A stretch of 64,000 bases of DNA, taken from the NCBI GenBank assembly GCA_951406725.2, contig OX597815.1, positions 164,548,001 through 164,612,000 on the forward strand, given 5' to 3'. Under the pieces are notes generated by a model, which ran no database searches, was not told the DNA's origin, and saw nothing but the letters and a program-made list of their open reading frames with translations. This document shows, piece by piece, positions 52,772 through 64,000 of this stretch (position 1 is the first letter of the stretch; each line of letters opens with the position of its first letter). The translations under genes and the position numbers were made by a program. Source of the stretch: Octopus vulgaris (lineage: Eukaryota).

Positions 52772-52970
52772 GTCTGTGTTTGTCCCCCTAGCATTGCTTG
52801 ACAACTGATGCTGGTGTGTTTACATCCCCATCACTTAGCGGTTCGGCAAAAGAGACCGATAGAATATGTACTGGGCTTACAAAGAATAAGTCCCGGGGTC
52901 GATTTGCTCGACTAAAGGCGGTGCTCCAGCATGGCCGCAGTCAAAATGACTGAAACAAGTAAAAGAGTAT
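52705..52970 (+). mobile_element. SINE family B 3' part
   Basis: TTTGTCCCCCTAGCATTGCTTGAC through ATGACTGAAACAAGTAAAAGAG. Confidence 0.85.
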
Positions 52971-52985
52971 ACACACATATACATA

Positions 52986-54271
52986 CGAGGGGCGTTCAAT
53001 AAGTAATGCCCCTGACCCACTTCCCTTAGCAGAAGAGCAACGAAACTTGGCACAGTTATTAGTCTTTTTCTACATAGGAACCACCCACAGTTACGCATTT
53101 CTCCCATCGTTTGATGCAGCTGTGGAGACCGTTTTTGTAGAAGACCCTAGCTTGGTCCTCCAACCACGACGTGACTTCAGAAATCAAGGCTGCATCATCT
53201 GGAAAACGCTTTCCTTTCAAAAACAACTTCATGGCTGGGAAGAGGTGAAAATCAGAGGGTGCAAGGTCAGGAGAGTAGGGGGTGGGGAGGGGTTCATAGC
53301 CGCATGCCTGTGCTTCTGATCTGGCGACACGCGAGTTGTGGACCGGAGCGTTGTCCTGCAGGAGGAGGATGCCTTTGCTGATCTTGCCCCGCCTCTTGAT
53401 TTTGATAGCTTCTCTTAATTTCCTCAAAAGTGAAGCATAATAGGCTCCTGTAATTGTGGTACCCTTTGCCAGGAAATCTGTCATCACTACTCCGTCCTGG
53501 TCCCAGAAGACTGTGAGCATGACCTTGCCAGCGGAGGGCTGCACCCTTGCCTTCTTTGGAGGAGGTGAGTCACGGTGCTTCCACTGCATTGACTGGGCTT
53601 TGGTCTCTGGATCATAGTGATGGACTCAGGTTTCATTCTGTGTAATCAGTCTTTTGAAAAATTTTGACTCATCTTCTTGGCACATCTCCAAATTCATCCT
53701 CGAGCACTCGACGCGTTCTTGCTTCTGGAAAGGTGTGAGCAACCCGGGAATCCATCTGGCAGACACTTTTTGCATATGCAAATGGTCATGAATGATAGTT
53801 TCCACAGACTCGGTACTAATCTTGACCTTATGGGCTATTTGGCGAATAGTTATGCGTCGATCTTCCAAAATGGCAGCCTCAACTTGACGGACAGATGCCT
53901 CATCAATGGCAGAAGGGGGGCAACCAGATCTGCGAGCTGTTTCCACAGAGTTCCGACCGTGTTTGAACTCACGATGCCAGCGTTTTACAAAGTCATATGA
54001 TGAGGCATCATCACCATAAGTTACTTTCATTTCATCAAAAGTCTCAAGTGGTGTGCGTCCTTTCAAATACAAAAACCGAATCACTGCTTGACACTCAACA
54101 GGCTCCATTTCACACTTGACTCAGTTCAAACACCTGTAAATCAGAAACTACAATTTGCTACTGTAATTTGCTACTTAATCTATAGAGATACAAATAAATG
54201 CACATGCAAAATTTCAGCTAGATCAAACAAATGCAAGTGGGTCAGAGGCATAACTTATTGAACGCCCCTCG
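52986..54271 (-). mobile_element. Full-length mariner (DD34D) transposon, defective
   Basis: 37-bp TIR CGAGGGGCGTTCAATAAGT.ATGCC.CTGACCCACTT, TA TSD. Transposase 54108-53059 with WIPGLL, ITQNET*, LQDNAPVH, PYSPDLAPSDFHLF; one in-frame stop and a first-Asp-to-Asn change. Confidence 0.95.
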
Positions 54272-54779
54272 TATATACATGCTTACGTACATATATATAT
54301 ATGCATTTACATATATACATGCTTACATATATATATATATATATATATATATGTCAGGTCGCTCTTGAGTAACATTTAACCCAGTACAGCATGTCATATG
54401 GTCGGGTCGTCGGCGACTAAACTGGCAACCCCATCAAGCTTATTTGGTGAGGAGGGTGGTTGTTGGACACCCTGCAGGACGAATGATAAGACCTGTCAAA
54501 GAGCGAAAGAACTCGTGTGCAGTCTTTCTCTTTATTCACCATATCGGTTAAAGAAAGCAGGAACGAACGGCCATCCAGCATTATGCGTAGTACGTGTGTG
54601 TGTGTGTGTGTCAGTTGTGTATATTTGGATATATATTTTTCATATATCTTTTTATATATTTATATATATTTCTATCTTTTTATTTTATTTTTATAGTTTT
54701 AATTGTGAATTTATTTATCTATGTATTTATTTATTTTTATAAATAAAAAATATTTTTAAATTGTAAAAATTGCAAATTT

Positions 54780-54854
<75 letters not shown>

Positions 54855-54907
54855 GTGTGTGTAGTTTTTAAAAGTGTGAGTGTCTCTGTGTGTGTGTGTG
54901 TGTGTGT

Positions 54908-57526
54908 GGCGGGGGGAAGATGTGGCTCATTAGCCGTGATGAAGGCAACTCTTCTAGGAGAGGGACACTCTGACATAAAACCAGGTCATGGTAATGACAG
55001 TCCCTTAAGTGACTGCGCTGTTTGATTCCAATGATGCAGTGATAAATGAGCTTTTAGCAACAAAAAGGTCCAGTCATGAAAAGCTTCTTGACCCAAACGT
55101 TAAGAACAAAGTGCAACTAAAAAAGTTATACAAGTCTCAGAAAGCAGACTTGCAAAAAGAACTCAGGAGGCTTAAAGATATTTGGTGGAGAAATTTGTCT
55201 GAGAAAGTATAGGCAGCCTATGACAGGAAAGACATTAAAAGTTTCTATAGTTTATTGCGGCAAGCTTTTGGACTGCAATCTCCATCATCATATGTTCCCT
55301 TGAAGTTGAAAGATGGAAATGGGGCTATTAAAGATCCTCCTGAAATAATGAATAGATGGAGAGAACACTTTGCAAATCTTTTTCACAATCCGTCAGTTGT
55401 GAACATGAATATCATAAACAGCATTCCGCAAAAAGAGATAGTACAACACATGAACGATTCACCTTCCACTGAAGAAGTAAATCTGGCGTTATGTCAACTG
55501 AGATCAGGTAAAGCTCCTGGATTGGATGGTATTCCAGTTGAAATTCTGAAAGCAAGTGGGGATCATATTTCATCTGAAATTCATAACCTGGCAACTCGTG
55601 TTTGGAATGAATCTTCTGTGCCACAAGAATGGATAAATGGCATCCTAATCTCTGTACACAAGGGTAAGGGCCCGAAAGCAGTGTGTGGTAATTCTAAAGG
55701 GATAACTCTTCTGGCACATACCGGGAAGATACTTTCAAGGATCATGTTAGATCGTCTTGTTGAGAATGTGTGTCCACATGTGATTCCTGAAGAACGGTGT
55801 GGTTTCAGACCTGAGCGAGGAACAATGAACATGATATTTTCTGTGAGGCAGGTTCAAGAGAAATGCTTAGAGGAATAAATGCCACTACACCAGGTTTTCA
55901 TTGATTTAACTAATGCATTTGACACGGTAAACAGGGAGGCACTGTGGATTGTTTTGTGTAACCTTGGTTGTCCAGCAAATTTTGTAAGCATTTTTAAGGA
56001 ACTATATAGAAACATGAAACCTCAGGTAGTCTTTAATGGTGAGCTATCTCATGAATTTTCGGTGGACAACGGTGTCAAACAGGGAGATATTCCTGCACCT
56101 AAACTTTTCTCCATTTATTTTGCTGCATTACTTTGGTATGCTTTCAAGGATTGCAACAGGAGAACCGGAATCAGATTTCGGACATCTGGTCGTATTTTTA
56201 ATTTGACTCGGTTTAACTGCAAAGCAACGACTTTCAAAATACTTGTTAGAGAATTACTTTATGCTGGTGATGCTGATTTGTTGGTACACTCAGGCGTGGG
56301 TATGCAACATTTAATGGACAGATTTTCCACTGCATGTGTATATTTCGGACTCACAATTAGTTTGGGGAAAGCCAAAGTAATGTTTACTCCCGAACCAGGA
56401 CAAACATATTTTGAACCAAACATCTTTGTAAATGGAACAAGGTTAGAAGTCGTTGACACCTCTTTTTACCTAGGAAGCACAATGTCAAGAGATGGTAGTC
56501 TTGATGCAGAGATATCTATCGAAAAGGGAAGGGAAGGGAAGTGATGCATTTGGAAAGCTCGAAAAGCGAGTATGAGCGGATAGAGGTATTTCCCTGCAGA
56601 CAAAAATCAGTGTCTTTAAAGCGTGGGTATTGTCTGCACTTCTTTATTCAAGTGAGACATGGACCACTTACAAGCGTCACATAAAAATGCTGGAGAGTTT
56701 TCATCAAAAGTGCCTCAGATGTATCTTAGGAGTCAAGGGGGAATGTTTCATACCAGATACAGAGGTTTTGCGCATGGCACATTGCAGCTCAGTTGAACAT
56801 GTTATCTTGGCTCAAATGAGATGGACTGGACATGTTATTAGAATGAAAGACGAGCGTTTGCCAAAGCGTCTTTTTTAAGTGAGCTCAACTCTGGTGAGCG
56901 ACCACAACATAAACCGAGGAAAAGATATAAAGACTGTGTGAAGGAAAACCTGAAGAAACTAGATATGAACAAAAGTGATTGGGAAAATGATGCTCTAGAT
57001 CGGAACAAGTGGAGAGGTGCCGTTAGGACTGGTTGTAATGCCCGAGAGAAAAAGATGATTCAGCACTCTGAACTTAAAAGGACCTGTCGCAAAGGAACAA
57101 TTAGAACTGTAATCAACAGTGAACATTAGCTATGTATTATATGTGACCGTGTTCTGTTGTCAAAAGCAGGATACCTGAACCATATGTAGTCACATGAAAA
57201 TCGTAATGCCTAAATAGGTAATGATCCTGGACACCAACCGCCTCTTACAACGTGTGTCACATGTCAAAAAGTTTATAAGACAATATCTGGACTTAAAAGA
57301 CATATGCTAGTTCACAAAAACATTCCTTCAGAATCAGATTCCAAAGGTCAAAGATATAGAAGAAACTTGAATAATATCTGTCACTTGTGTTTTAAACCCT
57401 GTCAGCCGGCAGCTGGTCTTAAGAGTCATCTAAGGGCTCATCAACGGAGTGATTGTACTGTGTGGTGGAGTGTGGTGTGTGTGTTGATGCGACGGCTATC
57501 ATCTCTCAAGATGAAGCAATCATCAT
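54908..57526 (+). mobile_element. RTE/BovB-clade LINE with endonuclease deleted and three C-terminal C2H2 fingers
   Basis: GKAPGLDGIP, GITLL..GKIL, CGFRPERGT, FIDLTNAFDTVNR, GVKQGD, LLYAGDA, LLYSSETW; CX2CX12HX3H three times at 57133-57441; (ATC)n-like tail; several stops. Confidence 0.92.
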
Positions 57527-57954
57527 ATATACATATATACATATATATACATATACACACGCACATGTATACATCTATATACACATACATACGTATACAT
57601 GCATACACATACCTACAATACATACATACACATAAATATATAAAGACATATCTTCACATCAAGATAAATATATACATCATAACGTATGTAACTAACATTT
57701 TTTTAAATGTCTGGTATATATATTAAAATATTAGAATAAGGAAATTGCACAATAAATTAATATAACATAACTAAATGCGTGAGTGAACAATAAAAATAAA
57801 CTTCGGTAAAGCTTAAGCTTAAATTTGTAAAACAGTCAAAGGCTTTCTTAAAAGTGAAGTGGAAATATGCACTAGCATTGTAATATAAAATAACTATAAG
57901 GTGTAAAGTCAAATTCAAATGCGACAGTCAACATTTTCCAAAAGTCAAAACAGT

Positions 57955-59985
57955 TTACCCATACGGTATTTTATCGGTTGACATTCTAAACCTCACGGCG
58001 TGCCTGCAGGAATTTAAGAGCTCGCGTCTCTGGTTAAGAGCATGTTTATCTTGGAACAGGATGAAGAACTTTTCTGAGGGGCAAAGATTACATTTCATTA
58101 GTCTTTTATAAGCTTCATATCTGTATGATGATGCTTTTTCTAGAATTTCCCAGGTCACACTGAAAGGACGGATGTAATTCTCTTTCAATTCTCAGACATA
58201 CTTTGCAAGTCTAATTCCTGTCCTATTCTCGGGGTATCGGAGAGAAATTCGGTGGGAATAGAATCGAGTCTTGAATGAATTTTCCGAAGCCCCTGTGTAT
58301 GTTTTATATTCTTGTGAGCCATTTACTTGTACTTTGGCTCCATAAAAAATTCCCTTTTCAAGACATTTACCTTCCAACGGACAGTAAGTTTTATCTTTGA
58401 AGTTGCAGTTCCTCAGATTAGATTCGGCATTGTGGTTGTTTGTAATAATTTTCGAGTTATGCTGACTAATAAAAGTTGCGAAGTTTTCGCAACAAGAATA
58501 GCTAACCTTCAATGGTCTGCTATTAAATATTCTATAGAACTTACGGATACATTGAAAGTACGAGGGGCGTTCAATAAGTAATGCCTCTGACCCACTTCCC
58601 ATAGCAGTAGAGCAACGAAACTTGGCACAGGTATTAGTCTTTTTCTACATAGGAACAACCCAGAGGTACGCATTTCTCCCATCGTTTGATGCAGTTCTGG
58701 AGACCGTTTTCGTAGAAGACCCCAGCTTGGTCCTCCAACCACGACGTGACTTCAGAAATCAAGGCTGCATCATCTGGGAAACGCTTTCCTTTCAAAAACA
58801 ACTTCATGGCTGGGAAGAGGTGAAAATCAGAGGGTGCAAGGTCAGGAGAGTAGGGGGATGGGGGAAGAGTTCATAGCCGCACGCCTGTGCTTCTGATCTG
58901 GCGACACGCGAGTTGTGGACCAGAGCGTTGTCCTGCAGGAGGAGGATGCCTTTGCTGATCTTGCCCTGCCTCTTGGTTTCGATAGCTTCTCTTAATTTCC
59001 TCAAAAGTGAAACATGATAGGCTCCTGCAATTGTGGTACCCTTTGCCAGGAAATCTGTCATCACTACTCCGTCCTGGTCCCAGAAGACTGTAAGCATGAC
59101 CTTCCCAGCGAAGGGCTGCACCCTTGCCTTCTTTGGAGGAGGTGAGTCATGGTGCTTCCACTGCATTGACTGGGCTTTGGTCTCTGGATCATAGTGATGG
59201 ACCCAGGTCTCATCCTGTGTAACCAGTCTTTTGAAAAATTTTGACTCATCTTCTTGGCACATCCCTAAATTCTTGCTTCTGGAATTCTTGCGTTCTTGCT
59301 TCTGGAAAAGTGTGAGCAACCTGGGAATCCATCTGGCAGACACCTTTTGCATATGCAAATGGTCATGAATGATAGTTTCCACAGACCCGGTACTAATCTT
59401 GACCTCATGGGCTATTTGGCGAATAGTTATGCGTCGATCTTCCAAAATGGCAGCCTCAACTTGACGGACAGATGCCTCATCAATGGCAGAAGGGGTGCGA
59501 CCAGATCTGGGAGCTGTTTCCACAGAGTTCCGACCATGTTTGAATTCACGATGCCAGCGTTTTACAAGGTCATATGATGGGGCATACTTTCATTTCATTA
59601 AAAGTCTCCTGTGGTGTGCGTCATTTCAAATACAAAAACCGGATCACTGCTCAACACTCAACAGGCTCCATTTCCCACTTGACTCATTTCAAACACCTGT
59701 AAATCAGAAACCACAATTAGTTCGGAGCTGTAATTTGCCACTTAATCTATATAGATATCAATAATTGCACATGCAAAATTTCAGCTAGATCAAACAAAGG
59801 CAAGTGGGTCAGAGGCATTACTTATTGAACGCCCCTCGTATTTAGAAACTAATTTTAAGAATTCCCTACTTACATTAATTTTTATGGCAATATTAAATAC
59901 AGGATTAAACCACAAAGCTTTTTTTAGTTCTAGTTCTACGTGGTTTATTATTGTTAGAATTAGCTTGATTATACTGGATCTTCTG
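57955..59985 (-). mobile_element. Penelope-like element (Naiad-type) thumb plus GIY-YIG endonuclease, split by a mariner
   Basis: LWFNPVF..EFLKLVSK|YFQ..IFN..LKVSYSC..HNSK..CPLEGKCL..GIFYGA..YTGASENSFKTRF..CNLCPSEK..LNQRRELLNSCRH. The frame is continuous once 58561-59838 and one TA are removed. Confidence 0.85.
58561..59838 (-). mobile_element. Full-length mariner, sibling of 52986-54271
   Basis: Perfect 37-bp TIRs, TA TSD (58559-60, 59839-40). VTQDETW, LQDNALVH; small indels. Confidence 0.95.
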
Positions 59986-60879
59986 CTAAGAAAAAGCTAA
60001 TTTCAATAGAAACCCTAAATGTAGACTAATTAACCCAGCTAAAACTGAAATAGGCATTTTTAGCAAATATATTTCAGATCGTAATGTGTGCGTGTGTATC
60101 AAGAGAGGAATAAAGTCAATAATGTACTGAGACACATTGAAACTAAGAACATCATACAAACAGATAATCTTATCAAGGCTACAAATATGATCGTGAGAAT
60201 AGAAAAGCGACGGATAGAAGAGAAAATAAACAACTGTGGTGGAAAAGGAGAATTTCTGAAGATATAAACTCCTTGAACAGTGTAGTGTCAATACTTTGTC
60301 AGGAAAAAAAAATCGAGAACTTAAGAATGAATGGAAATTCGAAAAAGTTAGGAAGAAGTATGGTGTAGATACGAAAGGCCTGAATGTTGTAATTGAAGAA
60401 CTAAAGCAGCGCATACTTGCAAAAAAGCGATCTAAAATATATTTGCTAATAATGCCTATTTTAGTTTTAACTGGGTTAATTACTCTACATTTAGGGTTTC
60501 TATTGAAATTAGCTTTTTATTAGCAAATATATTTTAGATCGTACTTTAAGCAAGTTGAATAGTTAATTAAATTTATGGATTTGGGAAAATAGCAAGTCAG
60601 TGATTGATTGGTTCAAAGTTGACTGGATGGAATAAAATCAGTTAATACATGGGCGTTAGAATCACTTCGCTATGGAGCGGGAATTATAAAATGGAGAAAG
60701 AAAGAAATGAAGAAAATGGATACCAAGACCATCGATAGGCTTTTTTTTCAAGAGGGAAGGGTGAGAGAGGCTTGTTCAGTTGCCAGGACTGTATCGAAGC
60801 AGAAGAAATCAGCCTAGCGTGGTATAAAAAATGCCGTGGAGCTAGTTGAAGCACATGAAGAAGGCCGGCGTCATCAAAA

Positions 60880-61100
60880 CCAAAAACTGTGTACAGTTCT
60901 ATATTTAAGAGATGAGGAATTATGTACATTATGTACATTATTTACAATTGACGGATATTTGTCTTCATCTTGTTTGTTGTTAACACAACGTTTCGGCTGA
61001 TATACCCTCCAGCCTTCATCAGGTGTCTTAGGGAAATTTCGAACCTGGGTTCTCATTCTTAAGGTATTTTTCGATGTTGTTGTTGTCGTTGCTGTTATCA
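60880..61100 (-). mobile_element. Penelope-derived non-autonomous repeat inserted in the Dong-like LINE
   Basis: Interrupts the alignment to the 39590-41823 element and carries the hammerhead motif. Confidence 0.6.
60982..61027 (-). ncRNA. Minimal type I hammerhead ribozyme motif
   Basis: GACAC-CUGAUGA-A-GGCUG(GAGGGUAUAU)CAGCC-GAAAC-GUU-GUGUU: intact core, 5-bp stems I and II, palindromic AACGUU in place of stem III. Confidence 0.7.
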
Positions 61101-61741
61101 TGTTTATAACAACAGCAATATCAAAAAATACCGGTGGCTATGGATGAGGAAGAGTGGCCTGAAAATAGAGACAGAAGCATTCATATGCGCAGCTCAGGAG
61201 CAAGCGTTAAGGGCCAACTTTATGAAGTGAAAAATAGACAACACTACCGATAGTAGCAATTTCAGAATGTGAGGAAAGAGGTCTGAAACAGTATGGCTCA
61301 TCGTTAGCGAATGCCTAAAATTGGCACAACGCGAATACAAAAGATGCCATGACAATATGATAAGAATGATCCATTGGGAACTCTGTGAAAATCACGGTCT
61401 ACAAAGAGCAAAGACATGGTATCAGCAAACTCCAGAAGGAGTCACCGAAAATGAGAATTGCAAAATCATGTGGGATGCAATAATCCAGTGCGATCAGCTG
61501 ACCAGACATCGAAACCGGATATTGTCGTGGTGAATTAAAAAGAAAGAACATGTATGATCGTCGACATAGCAGGCCCCGGTGAAAGAAGAAGAAAAAATAA
61601 ACAACTACGACGATTTAAAGTGGGAAATACGGAAGTTGTGATTAATGAAGAGAGTAAACGTGATACCAATAGTAGTTGATGCACTTGGAAGTATCAGCAC
61701 TCAACTACCAGTATGGCTGAAATAGACTGGTGCACGTGTAA

Positions 61742-61863
61742 AGGAGGAGGAGGAGGAGGAGGAGAAGAAGAAGAAGAAGAAGAAGAAGAAGAAGAAGAAG
61801 AAGAAGAAGAAGAAGAAGAAGAAGAAGAAGAAGAAGAAGAAGAAGAAGAAGAAGAAGAAGAAG
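61742..61863. repeat. (GGA)n(GAA)n microsatellite
   Basis: Directly visible. Confidence 0.95.
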
Positions 61864-62135
61864 CACTGGGATGGATTCGTTCGGCTAAAATTCTTCAAAG
61901 TTGTACTCCAGCATGGCCGCAATCTAGTGAGTGAAACAAGAAATGGGTAAAAGATACTTAAAACAATTCGTTATTATTAGAAGTTAAAACATAGATTCCA
62001 TCGTAGTACAACTTAAATAATTTTCCAATTTACTCTGCTAATTAGTCTTAACATTAATCTTTTTGTTTCCTGATCACCGATTCAACCAGCCAACCAGCCA
62101 TTCTACTACTGCTACCACTACTACTTTTGCTGCCT

Positions 62136-62189
<54 letters not shown>

Positions 62190-62190
62190 T

Positions 62191-62253
<63 letters not shown>

Positions 62254-62799
62254 CATACATAGATTCAACAATAAAGGTAGTAATTGACATCGGCGATAGA
62301 AGGCTACCCAGACAAGGACAAAAGCAACAACTACAACATCAACAGCACAGGAAGCAACTACAACCTGCCAACCAACTCATCCCTCTCGGATCCTGTGGTT
62401 AGAGAACATAGCCTAGCTAATGACAAAAACAACAACGATAAAAAGATTTACCATGGCTACAGAAGTAAGGACAAAAGCAATGATCTTGATTTTCATACAC
62501 TGAGCCTGTCCACCGAAGAAGATTACTCTTTGACAAGTCTTTCGGCATGCTAGAAAGAGTAATTTCATCTCTTTCAAATCACACCTAACATCGCAGAGGA
62601 AGGACAGATCAATTAGTGTAATTTTGCATGCGACTGTCCATGTGAACAGCGCAGGCAATTGGTGCCACTCCTGCACTACATAGGCCGTTGTAACCTCTGT
62701 TTCTGTAGGAGGCCTGCGGTACGTTACACAGGGTGAACTTGGCGTCCTAAAGCTTTGGCCGGCAACCAAGTTAGAGCTGGTGTTGTATTTGGGGTAACT

Positions 62800-64000
62800 C
62801 TTTACATGAAAATCTCAAACCCAGTAAAAAATCATTCTCATTGTTTGCAATGATGACAACAATTTCAAAACCAAATAACAGCATGAACGGGAACACTCCC
62901 CTGGATTTCCAAGACACCAAATCTCCCGCATTCGGCAGGGGCCTCTCAGAAGACAATGGAGTAGAAGACCAGGCTCTATCCAGTCGTAGTCTTTTTACTC
63001 GCAAATGAAAATGGTCTGTTGATATGAACAAAAAGGCAATTAAGTGCTATAAACAAACCTTGAAAGATAAGAACAATGACAAATGTAAAATTGTCGGGAA
63101 AAGATCATTACAAATTTTTAACCAGTTGGCTATGCTCCAGATTACTGAAAATGGGCTCATGAATCAGATAAGAATAATTCGAAATAGTGGCTTTCTTAAT
63201 GAGGCTCAGATTCAGACAATCAGGAAAAGCCTCCGCAGTGATGATAACCTCTAGGAAGATAATGCAGGTGAAGATCAGCGAATGCGTAGGAAGATGAAAT
63301 TGTAGTAGAGGAGAGGCCGGCCAACCAATATAATGTATTACGAGAGGATATGGCTGACAAACAGAGAAACCTCAAGATAAGACTCGAGAATATAATAGTT
63401 ACAAGAACGGAGACCAAGCCGGTGAATTTGAGAAGCTTCGAATGTAACATTGTGAAACGCGCGAGCCAAAAGGTTGATGAGGTTCTGAAATACATTCTGA
63501 CAAAAGATCTAACGGAAATGAGGGACTTGATCAGATTCGCTTCGATTTTAGTAGATGAACTGGTTGGAAAGAAAGAGAGAAAAACAGACGGGCAGGAGTC
63601 GTGGTGGAAGCGGAGAACTAAAGGTGATATTAAAATTTTGCGTAAAGATCTGAGTCGCATAGAAGAATGGTCCCAGGGGCAATCGAAAAATGCTAAAAGA
63701 GAGTGCAAGGGAATATCTTGACGCAAAATACCAAATAAAAAAGAAAGGGTTCAAAACTGTTATGGAAACCCTAAAACAACGAGTGCGGACAAAAACATTA
63801 AAGGTGCAACGCTACACTGATCGCATATCGCAGTTCCAGCAAAACCTGTTATTCTCAAATAACCAGAAGCAGTTTGTTAAGAGCTTAGGAGGAGAAACGG
63901 AAGATAATATACCTCCTGAAGCAGAGGAAACCCGCCAATTTTGGAATGACATCTGGGGGAAAGAAGTTTCCCACCATCACAGTGCTGAGTGGATTCATCC
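62800..64000 (+). mobile_element. N-terminal region of an R4/Dong-like LINE, runs off the window
   Basis: ITENGLMNQIRIIRNSGFL, ESWWKRRTKGDIKILRKDLS, ETLKQRV..QFQQNLLFSNNQKQF..FWNDIWG; stops and frameshifts. Confidence 0.75.

Larger units (their letters stand above)
60102..61745 (+). mobile_element. Fragmented R4/Dong-clade LINE, same family as 39590-41823
   Basis: WWKRRISED..VVIEELKQRI (60102-60427); 60616-60880 and 61130-61745 align visibly with 40575-41630. Interrupted by PLE pieces. Confidence 0.8.

Noticed and set aside
58190-58196. In-frame TGA in the Naiad-type element as a selenocysteine codon
   Set aside because: It falls at a position normally Trp (KYVW), so a TGG-to-TGA mutation is simpler.
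62560-62770. GC-richer segment upstream of the Dong-like LINE as an HDV-like ribozyme
   Set aside because: I could not assemble the nested double-pseudoknot pairings by eye.

Overview
Eukaryotic, very repeat-rich genomic DNA, most likely a cephalopod (octopus-type tRNA-derived SINEs, Dong/R4, RTE, Tx1 and Penelope-like retroelements, mariner/maT/Tc1 relics, dense microsatellites); the organism call is an inference from repeat families. Nearly all ORFs in the supplied track are microsatellite artefacts or decayed transposon fragments. Among them, on the minus strand, is the 5' end of a host gene for a secreted thioester-protein-family member, most like complement C3. It has a TATA/Inr promoter (~50100-50065), a signal-peptide exon (50046-49997), a ~46.7 kb transposon-filled first intron, and two MG1-domain exons (3316-3159, 1537-1310) that splice in frame and end in a divergent GHIFIQTNLPIY motif. 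Other signals are minimal hammerhead-ribozyme motifs in Penelope-derived repeats, a GGATC-ended MITE family with 8-bp TSDs and telomere-like repeats, a 28S rRNA-SINE chimera, RTE LINEs ending in tandem C2H2 fingers, and several local inverted or patchwork templated duplications. All calls are from reading the sequence; no searches were run.
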